Below are positions 28,290 through 41,200 of a DNA stretch of 64,000 nt, piece by piece; position 1 is the first letter of the stretch, and each line of letters begins with the position of its first letter. The stretch lies in assembly GCA_951406725.2 (NCBI GenBank), contig OX597814.1:13516001-13580000 (forward strand), written 5' to 3'. The notes under the pieces were generated by a model. The model did not search any database and was not told the origin of the DNA. It saw only the letters and a list, made by a program, of their open reading frames with translations. A program made the position numbers and the translations under genes. The DNA comes from Octopus vulgaris. Lineage: Eukaryota.

Positions 28290-30025
28290 TGATTTTGTAT
28301 AGTTGCGGATAGGTTATCCTTGGTTTAAGGTCCTCCCTAGTGGGGCTACAGGTTGTTGGCAATTGTTTAACTTGTATTGTTTGCTTGCTTTCGCAGTGAG
28401 AAATGGAGGAGATGCAGACAGTTACGCTTTAGTAGCAGGCCGAGATAATATCGCAGCGACTGTGAGACAGCTGGAATTCAGGGAGGTGCCTGTTAACTTC
28501 GAAATGGTGACAAACAGCAAAATAACCGATACAAAGAGAAGGATGAAAATTGAAATTGACGTTACTGGAAGAGATAACAAGAAACAAAATAGAAAAAAAC
28601 GGTAGTCTACAGAACACTTTCACTAGTAAGAAAGAAAATTGAAATGGCAAATGAAGATTTGGAAGAATGCTTGAAAGAGAAAAGTAACATCGAATTCTAC
28701 TGTGGAGGAAGGAAGTTTGGTACAGCGGAGGTGCGCTTCTTGACTGCGGTGGAGGCAGCAAAGCACTCCACTGTAACCTTGAAAACGGGAAAATGGGCGT
28801 TCCTGCCAACTTATCTGGGGTAACGAGTAGCGAGAGTGAAAACTGGCAGGGTACCTCCGGACATCAAAGAGATGTGGCTCCTTGTGGCTATATTAATAGA
28901 TACAAAAGACGACCTTCGGTTGATGCAGCTAAGCCGTACTAAACTGAATTGATGGGGATATGGCCTAGAGGTCATAATCCAGGCCACCACACTACACTTA
29001 CAAGAAAAAACAGAAGAAATAGATTTGCCAGAGGATGTGAAGCTGCGTGTGGTAGTGGAGGGAAGACGTCCTACATGCTACCACTGCAGAGAACAGGGTC
29101 ATATTAAGGCACATTTTCCCCCTTCTCAACAACCAGAGATCAGTGGAGTTGAGACCAGAGGAAAGTAGCAGGGACGAGAAGCTGAAGGAGGGTACGAAGG
29201 AGGTAGATGCGTAGTGCCGAGACTAAGTCCAAGAAATACAGAACAGGAAGAGGAAAGAGATCAAAAATTCCCCACTTCCTAAGAACTCTAAAAAGAAGAA
29301 AAACAAACAAACGTCCTCACAGCATTCCACATTACAACAGCACACAAGAATATCGTAGACAGCCCAGAATCCCCAACTAAATATACAGTCACGTACCTTC
29401 AGCCCAGTAACTCCAATAAAATATTCACAAGCACTGACAGACACTTCAGGTAAGTATACACGAACAAATTCTAACAGTATAGATTCCCAAATTGAATACA
29501 CAAAAGCAGGCACAGACGCAAATACACAAGAAACACGGATCAGTTAAAATGTAGGGCGTATTTACCACATTACTGGATGAATGCGGCTATCGAGGAAAAA
29601 ATCGGTAAGATGAAGTGAGTGATAAGAGCTACAGAAGAGGATAACATACGATTTCCAGGTATGGAATGCATATTGATTAACATTAAAAACTATAAAAAAA
29701 AGAAATAAAACTAAACTTTGGGGACGATGTAAACCCATTAGGGTTAAAGATAAGGTATGACCATTTGTCACCTGCGGTTGAATTTGCAAAATTGATGCCA
29801 CATTTCATTTACAAAAATAATTACTTGGATTAGCGTAGGATTTTAAAATAGTGTAAAATATAGTTAAAATTGTGCTACTAGGAAGTGGTGTTGAGTAGCC
29901 ATTAAATTTTCAATTTTATATAATTTTGTTCATCCGTTTATGTTTGTCGTCCACACTTGTGCTGCCTAGTACGTCCTTGTTCGTCCCTTCGGGTATGGAC
30001 ATATTGGCCAATAAAATGAAATATG
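28290..30025 (+). mobile_element. ORF1-only (gag-like CCHC zinc knuckle) retroelement, decayed
   Basis: AEVRFLTAVEAAKHST...FLPTYLG*RVARVK...LRVVVEGRRPTCYHCREQGHIKAH; no RT or endonuclease seen; AATAAA near 30010. Confidence 0.7.
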
Positions 30026-30529
30026 TTACAATCATCTCTGACCGGCCTTGCTTTTTGCTTTATGAGCCAAAAAATTAACTTAACTTAAATTTGATGAATA
30101 AAATTTCCGCATTGTTGAAATATGCTGTGATGAATTTCATGTTTCTAAACGTTGCTTACTTTTTACGTAGCCTGATACATGTCTCAAACAATCTGTCGTT
30201 TTCTGTTTATATTTACTAAACACACACACACACGTATATAAATATACATATAAGTGTGTGCTTGTGTGTGTGTTTACATCTAAGCATACACATACTGATT
30301 TATGTATGCACATTTATATATAAATGTGCAGTGTGTGGGTATCTCTTTCTTCTTTGCAGGAATTGTTATCGAAACAACAGGAAATATCAGCCCTAAAAAT
30401 AATTCATTTAATTTTAATATTCGTATATATTAGAATCTTTGATTCAAGAAATGAATGTTTTAAAATTTTATTAACATTTTATAGGCAACTTAAACGATTG
30501 ACTGTAGAAATATTAAAATGTTCCACATA

Positions 30530-30940
30530 GGCGCAGGAGTGGCTGTGCGGTAAGTAGCTTGTCTACCAACCACATGGTTCCGGGTTCAGTCTTACTGCGT
30601 GGCACCTTGGGCAAGTGTCTTCTACTATAGCCCCGGGCCGACCAAAGCCTTGTGAGTGGATTTGGTAGACGGAAACTGAAAGAAGCCCGTCGTATATATG
30701 TATATATATATGCGTGTGTGCGTTTGTGTGTCTGTATTTGTCCCCCTAGCATTGCTTGACAACCGATGCTGGTGTGTTTATGTCCCCGTTACCTAGCGGT
30801 TCGGCAAGAGAGACCGATAGAATAAGTACTGGGCTTACAAAAAGAATAAGTCCCGGGGTCGAGTTGCTCGATTAAAGGCGGTGCTCCAGCATGGCCGCAG
30901 TCAAATGACTGAAACAAGTAAAAGAGTAAAAGAGAAAAGA
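30530..30940 (+). mobile_element. Full-length CORE-type SINE (octopus OR2-like)
   Basis: tRNA-like head, GTGGCACCTTGGGCAAGTGTCTT core, internal TA/TG microsatellite, A-rich tail; matches 59030 and 62684. Confidence 0.9.
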
Positions 30941-31216
30941 GTATAGATGTGAGTAGCTCCCATTTTCTGCGATGTTTTGTGGACACATTGATAATGTATC
31001 AGAATCTTTCAGACACAAGACCTAGATAAAAACCTCCAACTGAAAGCCCTTTTTTCATTGGTGCAGATATAATGAAAAAGATTTCTTGAATATTCATCGA
31101 TGTGTGTGAAATATATTGAACTCGAATTCCGTGTGTTAGTACTGCAAGAATTGTTCTATTCTGTTTTACTTTTAATATGATTAAAAGTGATGGTATGCTT
31201 ATTGAGACGTAGGAGT

Positions 31217-31601
31217 GGAGGCGCAATGGCCCAGTGGTTAGGGCAGCGGACTCGCGGTCATAGGATCGCGGTTTCGATTCCCAGATTGGGTGTTGTGAGT
31301 GTTTATTGAGCGAAAACACCTAAAAGCTCCACGAGGCTCCGGCAGGGTGTGGTGGTGATCCCTGCTGTACTCTTTCACCACAATTTTCACTCACACTTCC
31401 TGTTTCTGTTGTAACTGTATTTCAAAGGGCCGGCCTTGTCAGTCTCTGTGTCACGCTGAATATCCCCGAGAACTACGTTAAGAGTACACGTGTCTGTGGA
31501 GTGCTCAGCCACTTACACGTTAACTTCACGAGCAGGCTGTTCCGTTGATTCGGATCAACCGGAACCCTCGTCGTCGTAACCGACGGAGTGCTTCCATCAT
31601 C
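31217..31601 (+). mobile_element. Full-length tRNA-derived SINE with 13-bp TSD
   Basis: TSD ATTGAGACGTAGG at 31201-31213 and 31602-31614. Confidence 0.93.
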
Positions 31602-34488
31602 ATTGAGACGTAGGTTGGGTAGATTTGCCAGGAACAAAGTATAGCTATGAAAATCTGTTTCAAATGGCTTGCAAACATATTTCTACTAGCTAAGAAGGTG
31701 TGGAATTGCAAAATAAATTAATACTAATTATTTTCTGATTATGCAAAAAAGAGACATCACTGAATGTTTGTGTTTGTTGTGTAAATATTTTGAGATTTGC
31801 AGATAATTCTGCTTTGATTCTTTCTCTTCTTGATTTTATCATTTGAAAACCATTAAACGTATGCGTAAATGCACACATTTCGACAGAGGTTAATTATTGT
31901 TCACTCCTCATCCGAAAATGCTGACGTATCACGTTATATAATATTGTAAATGCGTAACATTTAATTTTTGAATGCACCCGTATATGTAAGATCAATACAT
32001 ATATAAATACATACATGCACACACATGAATACACACAGACACACACACGTACACATGCATATATCTATGCATCAACCCTTAAACACATTCATACATGGAT
32101 ATTTACATACACATATGCACGCATATACACATAGTAACATCAACTTTCAAAAATATATTCAGTAGCAAAAATAGTATTATCATGTGAGTCAGCACTTTTT
32201 GATGGCTCCGTAGTTTTTAACAGGTTGCCCAATATATCATCTGAATATTTAAACTATATTTGCATTTTCCGCTAATAAACTTGAATTTCAATTAAACGTT
32301 CAAAGACGAAAGATACTTGTAGTTCAAGTTTCTAAAAATTATTGACATTTAAATGGAAGTTGTAATTCAAAAATTATTCAATTGCAGTAAATTACAATAA
32401 ACCTGAAGTAACTTGCATGTGCACTCGTATATGATCAAACGGATGCTTGGATTTACGGAAATTAATACATTTTTTAATCGGTTATACGAAAGTAATTGTC
32501 GCAAACTAAACATTGAAGCAAGACGCATCTTAGCATGTAAATTAATATAATTTCTTTAGAAACATATCTGTCAGCAAGAAAAAATAATAATTTCCGGTCG
32601 GTATAAATATTGCTACACATACGGTTTTTTTTCAATCCCCCCTAGTAAATTTTCAGTGTTGCAATAACTTGCTATATATCCGTTAAAAAGTGGAGAATAC
32701 CACTGTACTATCGGTGAGCATCGAAAATATCTTTTCTATGAAGAGCTGCGAGCTTATGTAGAGGAAAATAAGGCTAATGAAGCAGCGTAACAACGACCTA
32801 TTTTTCTTAAAGTACGCAGCATCATTTCTCTTCATGCGTTTATATTTTAGTTTCCAATATGGTTAAAACTTCTAATGTTTCTGCCAGTTACTATATTGAT
32901 TTACGTGACTTAACTTCACAATTTTCTTTTCAAATTGTTGCTCAATGGGCGGTCATATTCATCCTGTTCTATATTCAAAGCTTTAACCTACAAAATTTTT
33001 CAGACCAATGATCATTTGAAAGGCTGTTGAAAACTTGAAGCCGTTATCAGTTTCAATTCCATTTAGATCTATACATTTTTCTAGACAGAGGTAAGAACAA
33101 ATAAAATGTTACGTATAACTTTATTGTTAGAAATCTGTTCTTCGAAAATTTAAATAAACGAACATATTCAAATAAATAGCAAAACTTCAATAAAAAACTT
33201 TGGTAATTAGTTTCCAACCAAGCTAATATTTCAGGGAATGAATTTCACTTACCGAAATGGAATTAGACTTTATGCGGGAAAGGTTACATATCTGGAGTGC
33301 ATATGCAATTTTGACTAGAGTTAGCAAACCCCAGGTCATATTAATGAATACTGAAATCAACTTATTCTAAATTATCATAACTATTATGGTCATCCGCATC
33401 AACTCCATCATGTATATTATTGCTCTCATTGTCTCGGATACGTTACTGTTCGAATAAGGAATCCCGTACAGGGAACAATTAACCATACTAAATACAGAGT
33501 TGCTGCAATAATTCTAAGTTGATTTTTTTAATGCAAATATTTACATTTGAAACGTTGATATATTACTTACAATATATATATTACTTAAATATACTTTTAG
33601 TATATTAATTAAATATACTTTTAATAATCTATCATTTAGTAACAATAAAAAATGTGATTCATCCTCTGAGGTGCATTTAGGATATGGGTAAGTATTAACA
33701 CATCTTCAAAGACTATTGTGCTCAACGGTACATGTGTTGTTTGCTAACTAATCAATAAGGATTTATATTTCGTAAATGACACTTTACTTAAGCGATAAAG
33801 AGGTGAATAGTTCCCTCAGCCAATTGGTCGATGCTTTTCAAACTTTCAAATTGAGTCTTCATTAATTCAGGATGACATTGGTCACTTAACTAATCATACG
33901 CCATCATGCATATTTCACAAACAATTTAATGCGGTCTATAGTTGGCATACTTTCAATAAATATAGAAATATAGAAATATACTTGGATGGAAAAGAGGTGC
34001 AGAAGGAAACCTCAGACACAAAATAGTTTAATCATCAATCATGTACTCTGATTTCCTAACATTTATGACTAGAACAATTTTCTCGAGAGAAGAATTCCAA
34101 CTTTATGAAATTCTTGAGTTTTGTCATCAATAAAATCGAAAATATACATAACGATGGCTTTATATATATATATATATCCTTCTTTTTTCTTTAACACATC
34201 TTTCAGATACAAACACACTCACACACACACATACGCTCACATGCACACACACGCACATGCTCTCTCTCACTTTATCCCCATTCATCACCCTCTTGTACTA
34301 CCTTATATCCCTCCCCGCCACTACACACTCAATAGCACTATAAAATGGTCAAAATTTTTCCACAGGAAATTAGTTCAATTTGAAAACTCCATCAGAATGG
34401 ACGAAAGCACTAATATATGATATATGATATAAGTTATATGATGTATAAAAACATGTAATATACAAATAAATATCTGTAAAACCATCCG

Positions 34489-34546
34489 AATTTCTGAGTA
34501 CCTCATTTCTTCTAATATAAAATACCTGTACTTCATCTCCAGACCT

Positions 34547-34606
<60 letters not shown>

Positions 34607-34665
34607 AAGGTCTGGAGATGAAGTACAGGTATTTTATATTAGAAGAAATGAGGTACTCAGAAATT
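34489..34665. repeat. Near-perfect palindrome with ~60-bp unique arms around (TA)n
   Basis: AATTTCTGAGTACC...CAGACCTTCTT-(TA)n-AAGAAGGTCTG...GGTACTCAGAAATT. Confidence 0.95.
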
Positions 34666-34891
34666 GGTTACATTCTTTGAATTTAACACAGTGAGAGAGA
34701 ATTTCAAATTCGGAAAATATTTGCAATGCGATATGCAGAGGAAATTCTTCTACAAAGATGAAGGAAATTTAGAATATGATTGATCGGAATAATCTTTTCC
34801 ATTCGAAAATAAATTTTTTTGTTTATAAAGGAAATGCATTTATTTTATAAAACAATGCATCTTGATGAAATTTGGTAGACATATGATGGTA

Positions 34892-35017
<126 letters not shown>

Positions 35018-35597
35018 GACACTACAGGACTACTCTAGAAATCGTTATCTACTACAAGTTAAAGGTACTTATAGAAACAAAGTTCTTCATGTTTCTTTCT
35101 ATATTTTACTAATACAAAATTCTTATCGGCTGAGTGGAAATATGTTTTCATAGATTTGCATTTGGCCCTTAATCCCATTTTATAGTATTTTCTAAAATAC
35201 TATATTTGTTGTTTTCACATTGTTTTCAACGTGTTTCTTGACCTGGTATTATTTTAGACGTTTCTCTCCATAATTAAGCAGATGATGTGTTTGATTATAA
35301 ATATTTAGCTTCAGAAACGACGGCATTAGTGAGTCGTATATAATGATCTGCAGAGAATATTTGTTTAAAGTGAGAAAATCTTAGTGCTGTACACTACATC
35401 ATTCTCTCTATGAAATCCATATTACCTCTAGAGTAGCACGGTTTGCCACAGAGGAGATACGTAAGTGCTCGAGAAACGAACAATGTGACCACTGGACACA
35501 CACACACACACACACACACCTACACACTAGATACTGAATATGTGTGTATGTAAGTGTATGTATGTATGCATGTATGCATATATATATATATACACAT

Positions 35598-35881
35598 TGC
35601 CCAGTGGTTAGGGCAGCTGACTCGTGGTCGTAGGATCGCGTCGATTCCCAGAATGGGCGATGTGAGTGTTTATTGAGCGAAAACACCTAAAAGCTCCACG
35701 AATTTCCGGCAGGGGGTTGTGGTGATCCCTGCTGTACTCTTTCACCACAACTTTCTCTCACTCTTTCTTTTGGCCTGCTTGCTTAGCCAGCGGGGTGGCG
35801 TCATTGAAGGCTAAAACAATGCGAAGCGCATTGTGTCCAGCGATGTGTAGCAAAATATGATGGCCTGGTCGGTCACGTGAT

Positions 35882-35890
<9 letters not shown>
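35598..35890 (+). mobile_element. SINE with the 31217-type head and a third tail type, ending in (TA)n
   Basis: Shared up to ...CACAACTTTCTCTCACTC, then diverges. Confidence 0.8.
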
Positions 35891-35949
<59 letters not shown>

Positions 35950-36699
35950 AAGCGGTTTGATCCTGGCTCATTTTAACTCTGCGTTTCAAGGGCGTGGCTA
36001 GTTTACGGCCATTGGAGTATCGATGAAATTTCGATAAAAGAAAGTCAATATTTATTGCTGGGAGTTAGCCTGTAATTGGTCGGGAAAAATCACGGGGTAT
36101 TGATGGTAATTCAGCGACCGTAATTAGATGGAGAATACCACATGGTAAAGAGGGCATCGAATGCGTGTTGGACAAGATCTCAGTCGTGTGAGAAGTAGGA
36201 AAGAGCGGTAGATGTGGGTGTATATATGTATATATGTACATGTATATGCCCATATTTCTGCGTGTATGCATAGTACTTATACGAGTGTGTCAGTTTTCTT
36301 TGGTGTACATTCACACAACCCGGCCTACGCGTACACACGCACTCATACACACAGACAGACACACACATATGTATGCACACACACACACACGTATACACAC
36401 AAATATACACGTATACTCACACGTAAACACATACACGTACACACATACACTCACATACAGACAGGCACATCCGCACCTTCATCTCCATGTACTAATGCAC
36501 ACGTACGTGTGCACATGTAGTTGGGCGCGCACGTGCGCACGTCTTCACCAACTCAAATACATCCGTGCGCATACATACACTTGTGTGGTCATACACAAGT
36601 GGTGATGTGTAATGGGTGAGAGTATGCACGTAGTTGGGTAATTTATAATGCAGTTCATAATGTTAATTTGTGACGATGACCTTGGTGCAGGTGTGCTAG

Positions 36700-38040
36700 A
36701 GTTGCTAGACCTTGGTGCTAGAGATGGCTGATTTTAAGGAGATATATCCGGGCTGTCCAGTGGCTTTAAATTTACCAGAAAGGACAGCAAACGATGGACA
36801 GCAACACGATACATTATATTTCTTGCTGATCGATACTCAGAGTTGGCAGAAGTACAGCCGGGAACTAGGGGCGCTGGATGAATATTTCAGTACCCTATCG
36901 ATAAAAAGTATACTTGATGCTGGGTGTTCCGTCTCAGAGTCCAGGAAGTCTCAAGGGAAAATGCGACAGTGAATTGAAGTGAAGTTCTCTGTGTCCTTGG
37001 ATATAAATGAATGGAGTGCTGTGAATTTCTTCTCTTGAGGTTATTGGCTCTCGTCCCTGTGTAGTGCCTAGTAATGCCAGCGGATGGTGTAGGGGTGGTT
37101 CTGTATAGTATAGATGTTTGAGAAGCAGGATCCTCCTAGAGGATAGGGGGTAGGGATTTTGAAGTTGTAGGTTAGGGTTGGGGGTTGTGTGCATGTGGTT
37201 TTACGTCTGTTGATGTGCTGTTGTCTGAGCAGCAATAGCTTACCTTGACATTATAGTGGTTGAAGAGTTTGTAATACTTATGGTCTTTGGGGATATGTTA
37301 CTTTATTGACGGCAAGTATCCCCCAGCAACGTCCGCAGAAGCAAGTAGGTTAAATGGGGATTATACCAGATTATTTTCCCTTTCTTAATTCTCTTGGGGT
37401 GGGGTAAGCCTCTCAGCCAAAGCATCGTGGTTGTGGATTTTGGCCCAATGAAAGAAGTCCTTATTGGCTGAGGGTTTAGTCAACCGTTTGCTAATGCCTG
37501 AAACCAGGTTTCTAATTAAAGGAGCTATAGGTTGGTTTGAGCTCTTCTAGATACATAATGTTTCTTCATTAGGCTTCCTGTAGGAGTAGTATTTGCCCGT
37601 ATTCATCTTCAAGGATACGTCAAATAAATAGGCCGTAATTAATTTGGTAGTAACCGAACTTTTTGAATATTTTGATCAAGTCCTTCCTGAATCTCTCCAT
37701 GCTGTGGTCATTCATATTGCTAGAGATAGCCAGACTACCGTTCCTATAGACGGCTGACCTATATGGAAGGGTATCCAAAATGTATAACCCGACGAGGTCA
37801 GTGACCTATGTGAATGGCTACGTCTGTTAAGTGTACCCAACGTGCGTAACCCGAGGAGGTCGGGGATTTCATCCCCGTTAAATTTTTCCTTAGCAACAGC
37901 AAACAACAGATTGCCTTCATTCTTCTCCTCTAAGGAATTGTCATGAAGCAGAATTGATTTCATGGCATTCATTATAATTCTACTATCAAGATCACTAATG
38001 ATGGTAAATTGTCGAGCAAAGGCAAGGCCCTGCTATATCT
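36700..38040 (-). mobile_element. Penelope-like element RT remnant
   Basis: FDVSLKMNTGKYYSYRKPNEE, KGKIIWYNP, HIPKDHKYYKLFNHYNVKVSYCC, AFARQFTIISDLDSRIIMNAMKS. Confidence 0.88.
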
Positions 38041-38059
38041 AAGCCTCTTCTCCTGAAGG

Positions 38060-38200
38060 CCCTAGCTTTTGCCCGACAATTCAGCGATATTGTTTGATGT
38101 TTCTATGGCGTGATTTGACGGGCCTGAAATCGCCGACCTCGTCAGGTTATAAATTTTGGGTACATCCACACAGGTCGGCCCTGTCGGCCATATCTCAAGC
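38060..38200 (+). mobile_element. Short Penelope RT fragment in the opposite orientation
   Basis: FDVSMA*FDGPEIADLVRL*ILG resembles FDVTMGSFDGAE..DLVGLYIL. Confidence 0.75.
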
Positions 38201-41200
38201 CATATGAATGGCCATGCCATGTACATATATATTTATATACCATAATCCTACAGCAACATTCTATAACTTCTGCATATTAGAATCCTGCAGTTCACCGGGC
38301 CTTTTACAAAATCGGTGTGGTCTTCGAATAATGCTGTTATACACAATTAATTCCAGCTATAATATGGCCACGAATTCCCAACTTGTGACCTCATCAACTG
38401 GCAGTTGAAATTCTATATCACGCATCCTTTCCAATAATTACGTATGTGTTTATTTTTTCCTTGTATGGGTTGAAGTTATTTCACCCGTACTTGTAAAATT
38501 TATTTTTCATTCGCATTTTCATTTAAGTTTACAGAAAATAAAAAAAAAATGGCTGCATACAGCATGAAAATATGTTATTTAGCTTAAAATATGCATGCAA
38601 TTCTTGAGATTGTATGAGAAATAACAGGATTTAAGTGCTTTAATGTACAATAGAATATAGAAACGTATACGCCATCCAAATAACTTCAATGATAACGAAA
38701 TATGTTTTATTCAATAATACATTTTTATGCAAGACGATGAAAAATATATGAGGCTATTATCTCTCTGTTACGCAATACTTTATTCAAATGATGTTTTTTC
38801 TGATAGAATTCATATACGATTTTCAGGATGTTGTCGGTCGTTGGTATTTTAAGAATATGTTTATGCATACGCTAATCCCATAATGAACTGTGCAAGATGG
38901 CACCTATATATTTCCAGATAATTACACTTTATTAATGCATTTCCTACTGTTTATATCCATCATTTGAAATTTAGTTCAATATTATTATGCTAACCTGGGT
39001 TACGTTTATTTTGTTCTTCAGTGTGACAAGCATTTGAAATGGCATAATTTCATTTATGTTCCTTGAACATTGCGTTTTATCCGCGCAACATTTTCAGTTT
39101 GGTTACTGCAAATAATGTACATAAATTCTTTGTTAATAGATTATTTTTTTATGTTAAACTAGTGGGATGAATACTATACAATCATACAATCACTACCACT
39201 ACCGGCAAATGTGAGTGTACTGACCGTTTTATTTTATATTAAATTTCAAATTCTAACATTTGTGTGTAACCATTACCCCGTTTCGCGTTATTATTCCCGC
39301 GGAGGATTTATATCAGGCAATTGTTTTTGCTATTACAATATTGCTGCTGTCGACTGATTATCTCGTTTAAACACCACAACAAAATTTACCTGAATGCATA
39401 AATAAATTTATAAATGTTTGAGTCTTTGAAAATTACCGTTTGACAGTAAGAAAAATATGGAATCCTTTTTTTTTCGATACTTTAAAAGGAAGTATCGTAT
39501 TTCTATGCATATCTACTTCAAAAACATATGTTTGTCAAACTAGCATGTCGTTATCATAATTCTTAACAGAATAACACAAAAAACATGCGATAAAATTCCG
39601 TTATTGTGGCTTTCAGTGAAATTATAACCGCAGAAAACCCTCCATAAATTTGTTCGATGAGCTATAAACAGAAAATCAGAAGTATACGGTATTAATGGTA
39701 CATATGTATTGGTCAATGCAGTATTTGATATATGTAAAAAGTATTGAACAACATATTTTTTTTGCTTCAATATCATTTGATCTGCATTATTATTGACTAA
39801 ACAGGAACAAGATTATTAACTGTGAGCGCACGTTATAGTTAAATTTATGAATTGATGAATAAGTGGCAATGGAACAGATATCTACGTTAAGAAAACTGAA
39901 AAGCATGGTATGATAAAAATGAATATAGTATAATTGAATGACTTCGTTAAAAATATTAATAGGTTATATAACTGATATTAGAATGTTCCGATCATACATT
40001 TCTTTGCACTCTTACGAATGTTTTGTAGTCAAGTGGTTATAAATTTGACTGCGACATCAAGTCATAAAATAATATGATGCTCTCTTCTTGACAAGTATTT
40101 CAATTTTATTACATCGTTATGTCACTCATACCTAGAAAGAACTGTTTCCTTGATTGATGTCTGAGTAGCACACTATAAATAAAACAATAATAAACACATA
40201 CACTCTTAAACCTTTTTTACAAGGTTTTATTCTTTTGATATTTCGACAGCTCAAAAAAGAAATCAATCATTAGTTGTTTCCTATGCTAATATATAGAGAA
40301 TGTTCCCATGGCGTGATAGATAAAATCGCCAGAGAAATATCATTTGTAGAATCAAACAATTCATAAGTCAAATATTGAAATGTCATATATTTGTTTTTGA
40401 GAAAAAAAAAAACCCAAAAAAACAAACCGTTGCAGTTTTATTCTTTCCAAACATAAAACTTATATTTATACTAATAATAATATCGTAATGAATAATGGAT
40501 TCGGAATCAAACATAGAAACGTGATTCACTGAGACTTGCGTGCAAATATTACAGAAGCAATACGAGGTTGACAGAATATTTTAGTAATTCAGTGAAATAT
40601 TTTTTGTCTTATTAATAATTTTTTGCATAATCTTAATTATCAAAATGGTGTGTCACGTAAATTTCTATGCAATATACAAAATGCATAAATCAAGAATAAT
40701 ATAGGTATGAATTATAACATAGCGCTGGATGAAATACCCCTAATGTGTAATTTAATTCAAAAGGATACTTATTGATTTCCCTCCTCAGCTTCTGTTGATG
40801 AAGAACGTGATCACAAAGCGATACGTTACGACATAGAATATTAGGAATCATTTGGGCAACTAGAAGTGTAATCAGATCTAATTAAAATATCACATGCTTC
40901 TCTTAATACTTAGATATAATAGAAAATAAGACAAACATGGCAGGAATAACGCTGAAAACATGAAAGTTTGAGGTGTAAAAATTATGTCGGATATAGTATT
41001 CAGAATATTTTGTTCATTGGATCTGTGTTCTTTTTTCTTTTATACTTTTATTTGTTTTAGTCATTTGACTGCGGTCGTGCTGAAACGGATAAGGCTAAGC
41101 ATTTAACTAATCTAAAAATGTTAAAATGAATGTCTAGAAGTTAATGTTACGCATTTCCGACTGGATTATCAATAATTCAGAAACATTTTAGCGTTGAAAT

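Larger units (their letters stand above)
25720..31950 (+). pseudogene. Decayed Dscam-like N-terminal Ig region (copy C)
   Basis: EGRLF*SNVEVHFSYSINFGTI (~25765; Ig1 start GP.F...FSN..G); ILNNSVDHQ...LSIDFVYSNQEKVYF (ORF 27926; Ig3 end VNNSVG.E into Ig4); DVSSSHFLRCFV (~30946). Interrupted by SINEs and an ORF1-only element. Confidence 0.45.

Noticed and set aside
33000-33700. Strong GTAAGA/GTAAGT donor sites suggesting live + strand exons
   Set aside because: No open frame or consistent acceptor pairing.
38066-38150. Minus-strand CTGACGA...GAAA as a second hammerhead
   Set aside because: Stem I is absent, and the + strand encodes a Penelope RT motif that explains the sequence.
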